Positions 8,343 through 19,114 of a stretch of 30,057 nucleotides of DNA are shown here, piece by piece. Where the stretch lies: NCBI GenBank assembly GCA_040753935.1, contig JBFMDF010000001.1, forward strand, positions 1-30,057, given 5' to 3'. Each line of letters starts with the position of its first letter. The stretch's first letter is position 1. Both the position numbers and the translations under genes were made by a program. The DNA comes from Bacteroidota bacterium. Lineage in GTDB: Bacteria; Bacteroidota; Ignavibacteria; UBA10030; UBA8401. Under the pieces are notes generated by a model that searched no databases, had not been told where the DNA came from, and worked only from the letters and a program-made list of their open reading frames with translations.

Positions 8343-9743
8343 TTACACTGTCGTTGCCGCTTTCAACATCTGCTGCACTTTTTTCGGTGAATCGGCTTCA
8401 GCATAAAAACGGATAAGCGGTTCAGTACCGGAAGCGCGAATGAGCATCCATCCATTTTTTGTGTAGAGTTTCACGCCGTCGGTGGTATCAATCTTTGTTA
8501 TTTCGAATGAACCAACTTTTTTCGGCTTGGAATTGAAAAAGTTCATTACTTTTTCTTTTTCGGATTGCGTGAGATGTTTATCTATCCGTCCGAAATGGTG
8601 CTCGCCAAATTCATCAAAGAGTTCTTTGACTAATTCACTCAGCTTCTTTCGCCGCACCGCCATCACTTCCGCCAACAGAAATCCAATGAAGATGCCGTCC
8701 CGTTCCGGCAGATGACCCTGTACGGCAATGCCGCCGCTTTCTTCGCCGGCAATGATGATGTTTTCTTCCGTCATCAACTTACAAAGATGTTTGAAACCAA
8801 CCGGTGTTTCGTACATTTGAATGCCGTACTTCGTACACATTTTGGGAATCAGTTCGCTCACCGAGAGCGATTTTGCAACTGCTCCCTTCAGATGTTTTCG
8901 TTCGACAAGATATTTCAAGAGAATAGCAAAGATACGGTGCGAATCGACAAAGTTCCCCTTCTCATCCACCGCACCGACTCGGTCGGCATCGCCATCTGTT
9001 GCAAAGCCCATGTGGTATTTTCCGGTGCGAACTTCGAAGGCAAGCTCCTCTACATTCTGCGGCAGTGGTTCCGGATTGGTAGTGCCGAATGAGGGATTGT
9101 ATTCGCTGCGGATCGTTCCGATTTTCGGCAGTAGCAGTTCCGGAATTCCCATGCCAGCACCGTGCATTGCATCGTGCATCATTTTCAGACGTACGGATTT
9201 AATTAAATCAAATTCAATTTTCGTCTGCACATCGTTCACATACAATGTTGTAAGATCGACGAATTGGATGAGTTTATTCTTCACTAATTCATCAAATGGC
9301 TTTATCGGAATTGGTAGTGTCGCCGCATCTTGAAAGAGCGCAAGTTCTTTTTCTACTTCTGCCACCATTTCCGGATGAGCCGGTCCGCCAAAATCTCCTT
9401 TGATTTTGAATCCGTTGTACTTTGCCGGATTGTGGCTCGCCGTAATCACAACGCCGCCGGCTGCTTTTTTCTTCAGCACACCGAGTGATACCATTTGTGT
9501 CGGAGAAATCTTTTCCGACAGAAGAACTTTCACGCCCACCGATGCAATCACCTGTGCTGATGCGTGTGCAAATTCTTTTGATAGGAATCGTGCGTCGTAC
9601 CCCACTACGACACCGTTTTTTGCTTTAGGGTGTTTCTTAAAATAAAGTCCTGTGGCGAGCGCAACTTTTTGCACATTGGCAAATGTAAAATCTTCAGCGA
9701 TTACTCCGCGCCAGCCGTCTGTTCCGAATTTGATGTGAGCCAT
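8343..9743 (-). CDS. Phosphoglucomutase/phosphomannomutase (alpha-D-phosphohexomutase family)
   Basis: KFGTDGWRG, phosphoserine loop ITASHNP, metal loop DGDADR, sugar loop GEESGG, RASGTEP. Start moved from 9794 to the ATG at 9743 (MAHIKFGTDG). Confidence 0.93.
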   Translation of the reverse strand: MAHIKFGTDGWRGVIAEDFTFANVQKVALATGLYFKKHPKAKNGVVVGYDARFLSKEFAHASAQVIASVGVKVLLSEKISPTQMVSLGVLKKKAAGGVVITASHNPAKYNGFKIKGDFGGPAHPEMVAEVEKELALFQDAATLPIPIKPFDELVKNKLIQFVDLTTLYVNDVQTKIEFDLIKSVRLKMMHDAMHGAGMGIPELLLPKIGTIRSEYNPSFGTTNPEPLPQNVEELAFEVRTGKYHMGFATDGDADRVGAVDEKGNFVDSHRIFAILLKYLVERKHLKGAVAKSLSVSELIPKMCTKYGIQMYETPVGFKHLCKLMTEENIIIAGEESGGIAVQGHLPERDGIFIGFLLAEVMAVRRKKLSELVKELFDEFGEHHFGRIDKHLTQSEKEKVMNFFNSKPKKVGSFEITKIDTTDGVKLYTKNGWMLIRASGTEPLIRFYAEADSPKKVQQMLKAATTV

Positions 9744-9789
9744 AAAAGTATCTGTGTGGTTGAGTATGTAAGTGGTTGAGAATAGTATC

Positions 9790-9826
9790 GCCACAGAGTC
9801 AAGGATGTAATCTGCAAATCTGTGGC
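9790..9826. repeat. Degenerate hairpin immediately after the eno stop
   Basis: GCCACAGA (9790-9797) / TCTGTGGC (9819-9826), extendable inward with mismatches; no U-tract on the minus strand. Confidence 0.45.
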
Positions 9827-9833
9827 AGTATTT

Positions 9834-11270
<1,437 letters not shown>

Positions 11271-11276
11271 TTAATA

Positions 11277-11305
11277 TTGCTATCCAACTAAATCACTGCT
11301 ACTTT
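11277..11305 (+). promoter_or_regulatory. Candidate promoter of the VOC gene
   Basis: TTG (11277-11279) - 20 nt - TACTTT (11300-11305). Confidence 0.35.
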
Positions 11306-11332
11306 TTAGTATCAAAATATTACGGGGGATTT

Positions 11333-11716
11333 ATGAATTATAAACTCAACTGTTGCATCCCAACACTCGAAGCGAATGATCTTAACGAAACAATTCAGTT
11401 CTATACTAAAAAACTCGGCTTTCGTCTTATCAACGTGTACCCTGATGCAGAACACCCGAGGTGGGCAAGCGTAAAGCGGGATAATGTCGAAGTGATATTT
11501 ACTTCACCTCGCAACCAACACAACCCATCACATCAGCACATAAGCTTTTCCGGCTCTCTCTATTTTTATCCAACAAACCTGCAGGCAGTGTGGACAGAAT
11601 TGAAAGACAAAGTGCCGATTGAGCATCCAATTGAAGTAACAGAATACGGCACGCGGGAGTTTGCCATTCGTGACTGTAACGGTTACATCATTCACTTCGG
11701 AAAAGCAATAGACTAA
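11333..11716 (+). CDS. VOC (glyoxalase/bleomycin-resistance) family protein
   Basis: 127 aa; DLNETIQFYTKKLGF and EYGTREFAIRDCNGYIIHFG match the two VOC beta-alpha-beta-beta-beta signatures. Confidence 0.88.
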   Translation: MNYKLNCCIPTLEANDLNETIQFYTKKLGFRLINVYPDAEHPRWASVKRDNVEVIFTSPRNQHNPSHQHISFSGSLYFYPTNLQAVWTELKDKVPIEHPIEVTEYGTREFAIRDCNGYIIHFGKAID

Positions 11717-11730
11717 CTTCATCCTTCTAT

Positions 11731-11778
11731 GCCGCCCGATTGCTTTTCATTGACAATAAACATCGACAATCGGACGGC
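11731..11778. repeat. Intergenic 12-bp inverted repeat (one mismatch) around a 24-nt loop
   Basis: GCCGCCCGATTG (11731-11742) / CAATCGGACGGC (11767-11778), followed by TAAATTTTT. Confidence 0.55.
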
Positions 11779-11830
11779 TAAATTTTTACTCTCCTCTTGC
11801 TCTTCTCTGTAAATTTCATACCTTTCTTAC

Positions 11831-13300
11831 ATGCTTTCTTTTGAATATCTCCTTTTGATCGGGTCGTCGTTAATTTTGCTGAGCATTGCGATTGCAAAAT
11901 TTTCCGATAACCTCGGCGTTCCGACTCTTCTTCTCTTCCTTGGCATCGGGATGCTTGCCGGTTCCGATGGTCCAGGCGGGTTATACTTTGACGATGCGCG
12001 CTTGTCACAATCCATCGGCATCATTGCGTTGATTTTCATTTTGTTTGCCGGTGGACTTGACACAAAATGGAGTGAAGTGCGTCCGGTCGTAAAAGAGGCA
12101 GGCATTCTTGCTACGGTCGGTGTCTTTGTTACAGCAATTGCAATCGCGTTATTGACAATGTATGTGTATAACTTATCATTTCTCAACGGATTGCTGCTTG
12201 GTGCAATTGTTTCCTCCACGGATGCCGCGGCGGTATTTTCTGTTCTCCGGTCAAAAAATGTTTCATTGAAAGGAACCCTCAAACCATTGTTGGAATTGGA
12301 ATCGGGTAGTAACGATCCGATGGCAGTGTTTTTAACGATCGGCACGTTACAGTTGCTGACGATGCCCGATACAACAATAGGAGATATTCTTTTGCTGTTC
12401 ATCTATCAGATGGGAATCGGCGCGCTGCTTGGTTTCGGGTTTGCCAAGGGAATGGTGTGGATTTTGAATCGCCTCAAATTTCCGTACGAGGGGATTTATC
12501 CGGTCTTTGCCATAGCCTACGCGGGATTGATATACGCGGCAACTGCGCTTGTTGACGGCAGTGGATTTCTTGCCGTGTATATTGCAGGACTCATCATCGG
12601 AAATAGCGACATCATTCAGAAGAAAAGTCTTCTCCGTTTCTTTGACGGGTTAAGTTGGCTGGGACAGATTGCCATGTTTCTTACACTCGGCCTGCTCGTC
12701 TTCCCCCATCAACTACTTCCGATTGTCGGCAGTGGTATTGTGATCTCGCTCTTTCTAATTTTCATTGCGCGTCCTATTGGCGTGTTTCTTTCTCTCACCG
12801 CCAGTCAATACACGCTGAAGGAAAAAATTTTCATCTCATGGGTCGGTTTGCGCGGTGCGGTGCCGATTATTCTGTCGACCTTTCCACTGCTGGCAAAAAT
12901 TCCGGATGCCAACATCCTTTTCAACATTGTCTTTTTTATCGTGCTGACATCGGCGCTACTGCAAGGATGGACAATTCCTCTTCTTGCGCGATGGCTTGGT
13001 GTTGATGCCCCGCTGAAAAAAACAATGCAGTACCCAATTGAATTTGCGGCAACACAAAATTCAGATACACAGTTGGTCGACATTCTCGTTCCGTACAACA
13101 GCGATGTCGTCGGTAAGCAGATTGTGGATTTGGGTTTACCGGAAGACAGTCTGGTTGTGCTGATCAGTCGCAATGAGAATTTTATTGTGCCAAGCGGAGG
13201 TACGCACATTGAAGAGGGGGATACGTTACTGGTGCTCGTAAACAAACACAACTTGCCGAAAGTCCGGGAAATTTTTTCGCAGCAGAAAATAACAGAGTGA
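11831..13300 (+). CDS. cvrA: K+/H+ antiporter, NhaP2/CvrA type (CPA1) with C-terminal TrkA-C (RCK_C) domain
   Basis: Multi-TM; SSTDAAAVFSVLR, LELESGSNDPMAV, SWVGLRGAVPI; C-terminal VGKQIVDLGLP...PSGGTHIEEGDTLLV. No CorC-like extension. Confidence 0.9.
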   Translation: MLSFEYLLLIGSSLILLSIAIAKFSDNLGVPTLLLFLGIGMLAGSDGPGGLYFDDARLSQSIGIIALIFILFAGGLDTKWSEVRPVVKEAGILATVGVFVTAIAIALLTMYVYNLSFLNGLLLGAIVSSTDAAAVFSVLRSKNVSLKGTLKPLLELESGSNDPMAVFLTIGTLQLLTMPDTTIGDILLLFIYQMGIGALLGFGFAKGMVWILNRLKFPYEGIYPVFAIAYAGLIYAATALVDGSGFLAVYIAGLIIGNSDIIQKKSLLRFFDGLSWLGQIAMFLTLGLLVFPHQLLPIVGSGIVISLFLIFIARPIGVFLSLTASQYTLKEKIFISWVGLRGAVPIILSTFPLLAKIPDANILFNIVFFIVLTSALLQGWTIPLLARWLGVDAPLKKTMQYPIEFAATQNSDTQLVDILVPYNSDVVGKQIVDLGLPEDSLVVLISRNENFIVPSGGTHIEEGDTLLVLVNKHNLPKVREIFSQQKITE

Positions 13301-13347
13301 TCTTTTCTACTGATTGTTCTAGCGGTAATATTTCTCTACATTTCTTC

Positions 13348-14475
13348 ATGACCATCCTCCTCGCTCCCAACGCAATGAAAGGCTCGCTCACCGCTCAACA
13401 GTGTGCGGTGATTCTCAGAAGATCCTTACTCAGAAAATACCCTACCGCTACTATTATTTCTCTGCCTGTTGCCGATGGCGGAAATGGAACACTGGAGTGT
13501 TTGATGAATGCTCTCGGCGGAACGATGTATGAAAAAGAGGTTACCGGACCAATTCCCTCGCTGAAAGTCAACGCACGATACGGCATTACCACGCAGCATA
13601 TTGCTATTATTGAATCTGCCGAAGCGATTGGATTGCAGCACATCACTCCCTCACCCGAAACCATTGCACAGTCAACGTCGCGCGGCGTGGGCGAATTACT
13701 GCTTGCCGTACTGAAACATCCTTTGCAAGAAATATGGATTGGACTTGGCGGTACAGCAACAAATGACGGTGGTGCGGGACTGGCGCGGGCATTGGGAATA
13801 GAAATATTGAACGAGTACGGCAAAGAGGTGACCGAGGGGGCAGTACATCTGACAAAAGTATCACGCATTGATTTTCAACTCTCAGAAGTCGCTACGCAAA
13901 TAAAAAACCGAAAATTGAAAATACTGTGCGATGTGCATAACTCTTTGTTGGGAAACGATGGAGCTACCTACACTTTCGCCCCTCAAAAAGGAGCCACCGA
14001 AGAGCAACTTCCCTATCTTGAAGCTGCGCTAAAAAACTTTGCGGACATTGTTGAGACAACATTAGGAAAAACATTCCGTGCTATTCCCGGTAGCGGCGCC
14101 GCCGGCGGATTAGGATTCGGTTTGCTGGCATTTTGCAATGCTCAACGTGTTCCGGGTATAGATTTTATTCTCAACGCTATCGGCTTCGACAACTATTTGC
14201 AACAATGCGATTTCGTTATCACAACTGAAGGAACAATTGACAAACAGACTTTACTCGGCAAGGGAATCTTTGGAATTACACAGCGGGCAAAAAAATTCGG
14301 GAAACCGGTTCACGCATTTGTCGGCAGAATACAAGGTGAGAAGGCCAATCTACAACATACACTCGGTCTTGCTTCGCTTATCCAAATTTCTCCGGACGAT
14401 CTTCCTACGCCTCAAGCCATGCATGATGCCAGTTGGCTACTGGCAGATGCAGTATATCATCACAAGTTCCAATGA
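13348..14475 (+). CDS. glxK: Glycerate kinase, GlxK/GarK family
   Basis: APNAMKGSL, PVADGGNGT, GLGGTATNDGGAG, GATYTFAPQKGA, GSGAAGGLG, DKQTLLGKG. Start moved from 13297 to the ATG at 13348. Confidence 0.85.
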   Translation: MTILLAPNAMKGSLTAQQCAVILRRSLLRKYPTATIISLPVADGGNGTLECLMNALGGTMYEKEVTGPIPSLKVNARYGITTQHIAIIESAEAIGLQHITPSPETIAQSTSRGVGELLLAVLKHPLQEIWIGLGGTATNDGGAGLARALGIEILNEYGKEVTEGAVHLTKVSRIDFQLSEVATQIKNRKLKILCDVHNSLLGNDGATYTFAPQKGATEEQLPYLEAALKNFADIVETTLGKTFRAIPGSGAAGGLGFGLLAFCNAQRVPGIDFILNAIGFDNYLQQCDFVITTEGTIDKQTLLGKGIFGITQRAKKFGKPVHAFVGRIQGEKANLQHTLGLASLIQISPDDLPTPQAMHDASWLLADAVYHHKFQ

Positions 14476-14522
14476 AAAGACTTCGATAGCATCATTCGCC
14501 AAGTAGCGCGGTAAAATGTTCA

Positions 14523-14553
14523 TTGAGTTTTCCATTTCTCTTAAGTATTTTGG
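14523..14553 (+). promoter_or_regulatory. Candidate promoter of the SPFH gene
   Basis: TTG (14523-14525) - 20 nt - TATTTTGG (14546-14553). Confidence 0.5.
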
Positions 14554-14632
14554 TGTAGTTGCTTATCTCTGCACACACTATCGCGTACACTTACCCCACT
14601 ATGAGGTTCAACATTTTTAAAAGGGAGGTAGT

Positions 14633-15502
14633 ATGTTTTTCCTAGTTTTTACGCTCATCGCCGTTATCGGATTTGTTGCATGGCGTAACCTGCGCATTAA
14701 CCCTAATACAAAAGGGAGCGCTAATATTTCTCTCTTCGTCGCATTTGTTTCCGCACTGATTGCACTGTCGAACTGTTTCACGGTAATACCTGCCGGCCAT
14801 GTCGGCGTCGTCGATTTCTTTGGTACCGTGTCCGACAACACGTTGAAATCCGGCATTAACTTCGTCAATCCTCTTGCCCGAGTGATCAAAATGTCTGTGA
14901 AAACACAAGAGATTAAAGAGGTGATGGATGTTCCGTCGAAAGAAGGGTTGACCGTACAGTTAGAAGTAAGCATTTTGTATCACCTCAATCCGGAAAAAGC
15001 CGCTGATGTGTATAAAACGGTCGGAGAAAATTACGAAAGCGTTATTCTTGAGCCACAATTTCGTTCTGTCACACGTGGTGTAACGGCAAGTTTTGAAGCG
15101 AAAGCGTTGTACACGTCTGAACGAGAGCATCTTTCTCAATTATTGCTGAAAGAGATCGAAAAGGCAACTTCCGAACGCGGTGTTGTAGTTGAATCGGCGC
15201 CCTTACGACGGGTAACACTCCCCGCCGGTTTATCTGCTTCAATTGAGCAAAAGTTGCAAGCAGAACAAGAAAGCCAACGAATGCAATTCATTCTGACGAA
15301 AGAAAAACAGGAAGCCGATCGCAAACGGATTGAAGCGCAGGGAATTTCCGATTTCCAGAAAATTGTCAATCAAGGACTAAACGAACAATTGCTGCGCTGG
15401 AAAGGAATTGAAGCAACAGAGAAACTGGCAAACTCACCAAATACCAAAGTCATTGTGATCGGAGGTAAAGACGGTTTGCCGTTAATTCTTGATGCCAAAT
15501 AA
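14633..15502 (+). CDS. SPFH/Band 7 (prohibitin-like) membrane protein
   Basis: Two N-terminal hydrophobic segments; IPAGHVGVV, PSKEGLTVQLEVSILY, coiled-coil ASIEQKLQAEQE...AQGI; GGGAGG SD. Confidence 0.92.
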   Translation: MFFLVFTLIAVIGFVAWRNLRINPNTKGSANISLFVAFVSALIALSNCFTVIPAGHVGVVDFFGTVSDNTLKSGINFVNPLARVIKMSVKTQEIKEVMDVPSKEGLTVQLEVSILYHLNPEKAADVYKTVGENYESVILEPQFRSVTRGVTASFEAKALYTSEREHLSQLLLKEIEKATSERGVVVESAPLRRVTLPAGLSASIEQKLQAEQESQRMQFILTKEKQEADRKRIEAQGISDFQKIVNQGLNEQLLRWKGIEATEKLANSPNTKVIVIGGKDGLPLILDAK

Positions 15503-15559
15503 TGGCACATCGTCGTTTATCACCAGCAGTTTTACACTGTAGAAATGTAAGCACCTACA

Positions 15560-18500
15560 ATGCATTTTGAAAAAAAATCATCGGCACGCAGCGATATCAT
15601 TACTATCTCTATCGTCGCGATAGCATTATTTGGGTTGGCAATTCAATTCAAATTGTTCGATAAATTATTCTCATTCATTGAACGATATCGCGAATATCAT
15701 CTTGACGAGATTGTTTTTGTTACTATTATCCTGTCGTTTTTCTTTGCAATCTTTTCCTATCGGCGGTGGCGGGAATTAGATGAAGAGATTCACGAACGTT
15801 GGAAAGCAGAGCGGGCACGGAAAGAAACCGAACAACGCAGCGAAGCGCTCCTGACGACTCTCCCTAACCTCACATTCAGAATCAGCCGCAACGGAACGTA
15901 CCTTGATTACCGCGCCCCAAGCCCGGAGGATTTGTATGAACCGCCGGGAAATCTCATCGGTATGACAGTGAAAGAACATCTTCCTCCTGCTGTTGCCGAA
16001 CAGTACATAGTACACATCGAACGCGCGCTGACGACTGGTACCATTCAAACATTCGATTACGAACTTCAGATGCACGGAATGACGAAAAAATTTCAGGCGC
16101 GTATTATTGCCAGCGGCGCAGATGAAGTATTTGTGCTTGTCCGTAACATCACGCATTCGGAGATTATTTCAGAGGCATTGGTTCGATCAGAAACACGGTT
16201 TCAGGCAGTTGTGGAAAGTTTGAGCGAAGGATTGATGCTGACCGATCTGGATGACCGCGTGCTGTATATGAACCAGCGCATGACCGAGTTATGCGGTTGG
16301 GACATTGAAGAAGTACGGGATAAACCGACGTATGAATTTCTCATTCCACACGAAAAACGCGTTCTTCATTTGGAACGCAACCGCCGTCGAGCACAAGGGT
16401 ACGCTGAGCGGTACGAAATTGAAATGCTGCGAAAAGACGGAACCACCTTTTGGGCTGAGGTGTATGGCTCGCCGTTCCGCGACGCACAGAAACGAATTAT
16501 CGGAACAATCGGCACCATTACCGACATTACGGAACAGAAGTGGAACGAACGACTTCAATCATCCCTCTACCGTATTGCTTCCATCGCCCGCTCCGCCCGC
16601 GATATGCAGGAACTGCTCTCCTCAATTCACGCTACTATTTCCGAACTGATGTACGCAAAAAACTTCTACATCGCCTTGTACGATCCGTTCAGTAACATGA
16701 TTTCGTTTCCATATTTTGTGGATGAGATTGACAAACCGCCGGCACCGAGAAAGTTTGCTCACGGGTCAACAGAATACGTGCTGACGACCGGAGAAATACT
16801 TCACGCGCCACGAAACGTCTTTGACGATCTTGCAAAAAAAGGCGATATCGATCCGATTGGCGCTGATGCCGTGGATTGGCTTGGCATTCCGTTGAAATCG
16901 GGCAACACGACGTTCGGTGTTCTTGCAGTACAAAGCTACGATCCAAAAATAGTTTTCACCGAACGCGAAAAAGAAATTTTGATTTTCGTCTCACAGCAAA
17001 TTTCCACCGCTATTCAACAACGATCGGAAGAAGAACGATTCCGCGCCATCTGGGAACACTCAGCCGACGGCATGCGGGTAACCGATAAAGACGGCACAAT
17101 TGTGATGGTAAATGATGCATACTGCGCCATGGTGAAAAAAACAAAGGAAGAGTTGCTTGGAAAATCATTTCAAATAGTGTACAACAAAACTGATACAGAC
17201 GTGCGTAAAGGGATCGAACGATACAAAGAACGTTTTGCGTCAAACGAAATTACTACAAAACTTGAAGACCAAGTAACCTTGTGGAATAACGAGGTGCTGA
17301 CGATAGAAATGACCGCCTCGTACATCACCTTCGGCATCAATGAACGAATGCTGCTGTGCGCTTTCCGCGATGTTACAGAACGAAAAAAACTGGAAGAGCA
17401 GTTGCTCCACGCACAAAAGATGGATTCGATCGGCGTGCTTGCCGGTGGCATTGCTCACGATTTCAACAATGTGCTTGCCATGATTCTCGGCTCGGCGGAA
17501 TTGGTCAAGCATCGTGCAAAAGACAATCCCGATATCCTGAAATTTGCCAACATGATTGCAAATGCCGCCGAACGCGGCTCCGGTATCGCAAAGCAACTGC
17601 TGATGTTCGCCCGCACTGAAAAGGGATTCCATCGCCCACTCTCTCTTTCGTTGGTCATTATGGATGTGTGCAAATTGCTTGAACATTCCATGCCGAAATC
17701 GGTTTCAATTCGCACCATTGTCACTGCGGAAAACGATATCATTTCCGGCGATGAAGACCAACTGCATCAAATTCTCGTCAACCTTGCGGTAAATGCCAAA
17801 GATGCTATTGAACAAAAGGGAGGTGAAGGAACCATTACCTTCTCTGTCACCAACATCCGCGGTAACGAATTAAAAAGACAACTGCCACAGGCGCGAAATA
17901 CTCTCTACGTTGTGCTTCATGTTGAAGATACTGGCAAGGGAATGTCTGAACAAACGATGGGACGCATCTTCGAACCATTCTTCTCTACCAAAGAGCGGGG
18001 CAAAGGAACTGGATTAGGTCTTTCCATCGTTCACGGCATCGTCAAAAATCACAACGGTATGATTGATGTTGAAAGCACCGTCAATGTCGGAACAACATTT
18101 CATCTGTACTTTCCTGCCTCGCGCATTGCGGAAAACGTACCGACACCAACAGCCGAAACACCTGTTGCAACAGCCACATCTAACGATCAGCCATCAAAGA
18201 ACATTCTTATCGTTGATGATGAACCGGAACTGAGAACAATGATGAAGGATATCCTGGAAACCCACGGTCATACTGTTATTACAGCACACAACGGCAAAGA
18301 AGCACTTACTGTGTACGAGAAGGAAAAGGAAAAGATTGATCTCGTTATTTCTGATCTCGGTATGCCGGTGATGGATGGCAGGCAATTTCTTGCAACGTTA
18401 CGCAAACAAGGTTCAACGGTCGCGTTCATTTTAATCACCGGATATCTTGATCAAGGAACCAAGCAAGATTTGCTTGGAGAAGGAGCTAACGAAGTGTTGT

Positions 18501-18565
18501 TAAAACCGTTTACCAGTGAAACGGTTATTTCCGCAGTCGGTCGGGTTGTTTCCTCAACGAACTAA
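15560..18565 (+). CDS. Hybrid sensor histidine kinase (2 TM, PAS, PAS, GAF, PAS, HisKA, HATPase_c, REC)
   Basis: GAF motif WLGIPLK...GVLAVQSY; H-box LAGGIAHDFNNVL; QILVNLAVNAKDA; EPFFSTKERGKGTGLGL; REC ILIVDDE...DLVISDLGMP...KPF. Confidence 0.95.
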   Translation: MHFEKKSSARSDIITISIVAIALFGLAIQFKLFDKLFSFIERYREYHLDEIVFVTIILSFFFAIFSYRRWRELDEEIHERWKAERARKETEQRSEALLTTLPNLTFRISRNGTYLDYRAPSPEDLYEPPGNLIGMTVKEHLPPAVAEQYIVHIERALTTGTIQTFDYELQMHGMTKKFQARIIASGADEVFVLVRNITHSEIISEALVRSETRFQAVVESLSEGLMLTDLDDRVLYMNQRMTELCGWDIEEVRDKPTYEFLIPHEKRVLHLERNRRRAQGYAERYEIEMLRKDGTTFWAEVYGSPFRDAQKRIIGTIGTITDITEQKWNERLQSSLYRIASIARSARDMQELLSSIHATISELMYAKNFYIALYDPFSNMISFPYFVDEIDKPPAPRKFAHGSTEYVLTTGEILHAPRNVFDDLAKKGDIDPIGADAVDWLGIPLKSGNTTFGVLAVQSYDPKIVFTEREKEILIFVSQQISTAIQQRSEEERFRAIWEHSADGMRVTDKDGTIVMVNDAYCAMVKKTKEELLGKSFQIVYNKTDTDVRKGIERYKERFASNEITTKLEDQVTLWNNEVLTIEMTASYITFGINERMLLCAFRDVTERKKLEEQLLHAQKMDSIGVLAGGIAHDFNNVLAMILGSAELVKHRAKDNPDILKFANMIANAAERGSGIAKQLLMFARTEKGFHRPLSLSLVIMDVCKLLEHSMPKSVSIRTIVTAENDIISGDEDQLHQILVNLAVNAKDAIEQKGGEGTITFSVTNIRGNELKRQLPQARNTLYVVLHVEDTGKGMSEQTMGRIFEPFFSTKERGKGTGLGLSIVHGIVKNHNGMIDVESTVNVGTTFHLYFPASRIAENVPTPTAETPVATATSNDQPSKNILIVDDEPELRTMMKDILETHGHTVITAHNGKEALTVYEKEKEKIDLVISDLGMPVMDGRQFLATLRKQGSTVAFILITGYLDQGTKQDLLGEGANEVLLKPFTSETVISAVGRVVSSTN

Positions 18566-19114
18566 TTCTTTTTTCCATTCGCGGTAGCCGATCATTGCTA
18601 GTACCAGATATACGCCATACAGTACCATTGTAACGTACAATTCCTTATATCCATACATGGCAATTGACCCGACATTCACTCCGATCCATACACTCCAATT
18701 CTCAATGTACTTTCGCGCTAACAACCACTGCCCAGCCATACTGAGTACTGCCAGAAAAGAGTCAATGTAGGGAAGCGACGCATCAGTTAACTGATGAAGT
18801 GTATAGCCAAGCGCCAAAGTGCCTGCACATACTATCAACGCAACAATTAGTGCTGAACGTACCGGAATGCGAGAAACATGCAATGCAGTTTTATTTTCGC
18901 CTCCGTACAACCATTCATACCATCCGTACGCCTGAAGAACGATAAAAAACACCTGCAGACCCATATCGGCATACAACTTTACCTCGTAAAATATCTCGAT
19001 GTAAAGAAAAACCGAGATGATGCCGAGCGGGTAGGTCCAAACGTTCTGCCGCGTTGCCAAATACACAGCAACAATTCCAAGAATTACGGCAACAACTTCT
19101 TCGATTGATGTCAT
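18554..19114 (-). CDS. pnuC: PnuC-family transporter, by context the thiamine-specific PnuT
   Basis: RQNVWTYPLGI, LYADMGLQVFF, YGWYEW, QWLLARKYIENWSVW; last gene of a TPP-riboswitch operon, stop/start overlap with thiN at 19114. Confidence 0.9.
   Translation of the reverse strand: MTSIEEVVAVILGIVAVYLATRQNVWTYPLGIISVFLYIEIFYEVKLYADMGLQVFFIVLQAYGWYEWLYGGENKTALHVSRIPVRSALIVALIVCAGTLALGYTLHQLTDASLPYIDSFLAVLSMAGQWLLARKYIENWSVWIGVNVGSIAMYGYKELYVTMVLYGVYLVLAMIGYREWKKELVR

Noticed and set aside
14601-14645. 14-codon uORF overlapping the SPFH start
   Set aside because: No SD or informative codon content; the main ATG has a strong SD.
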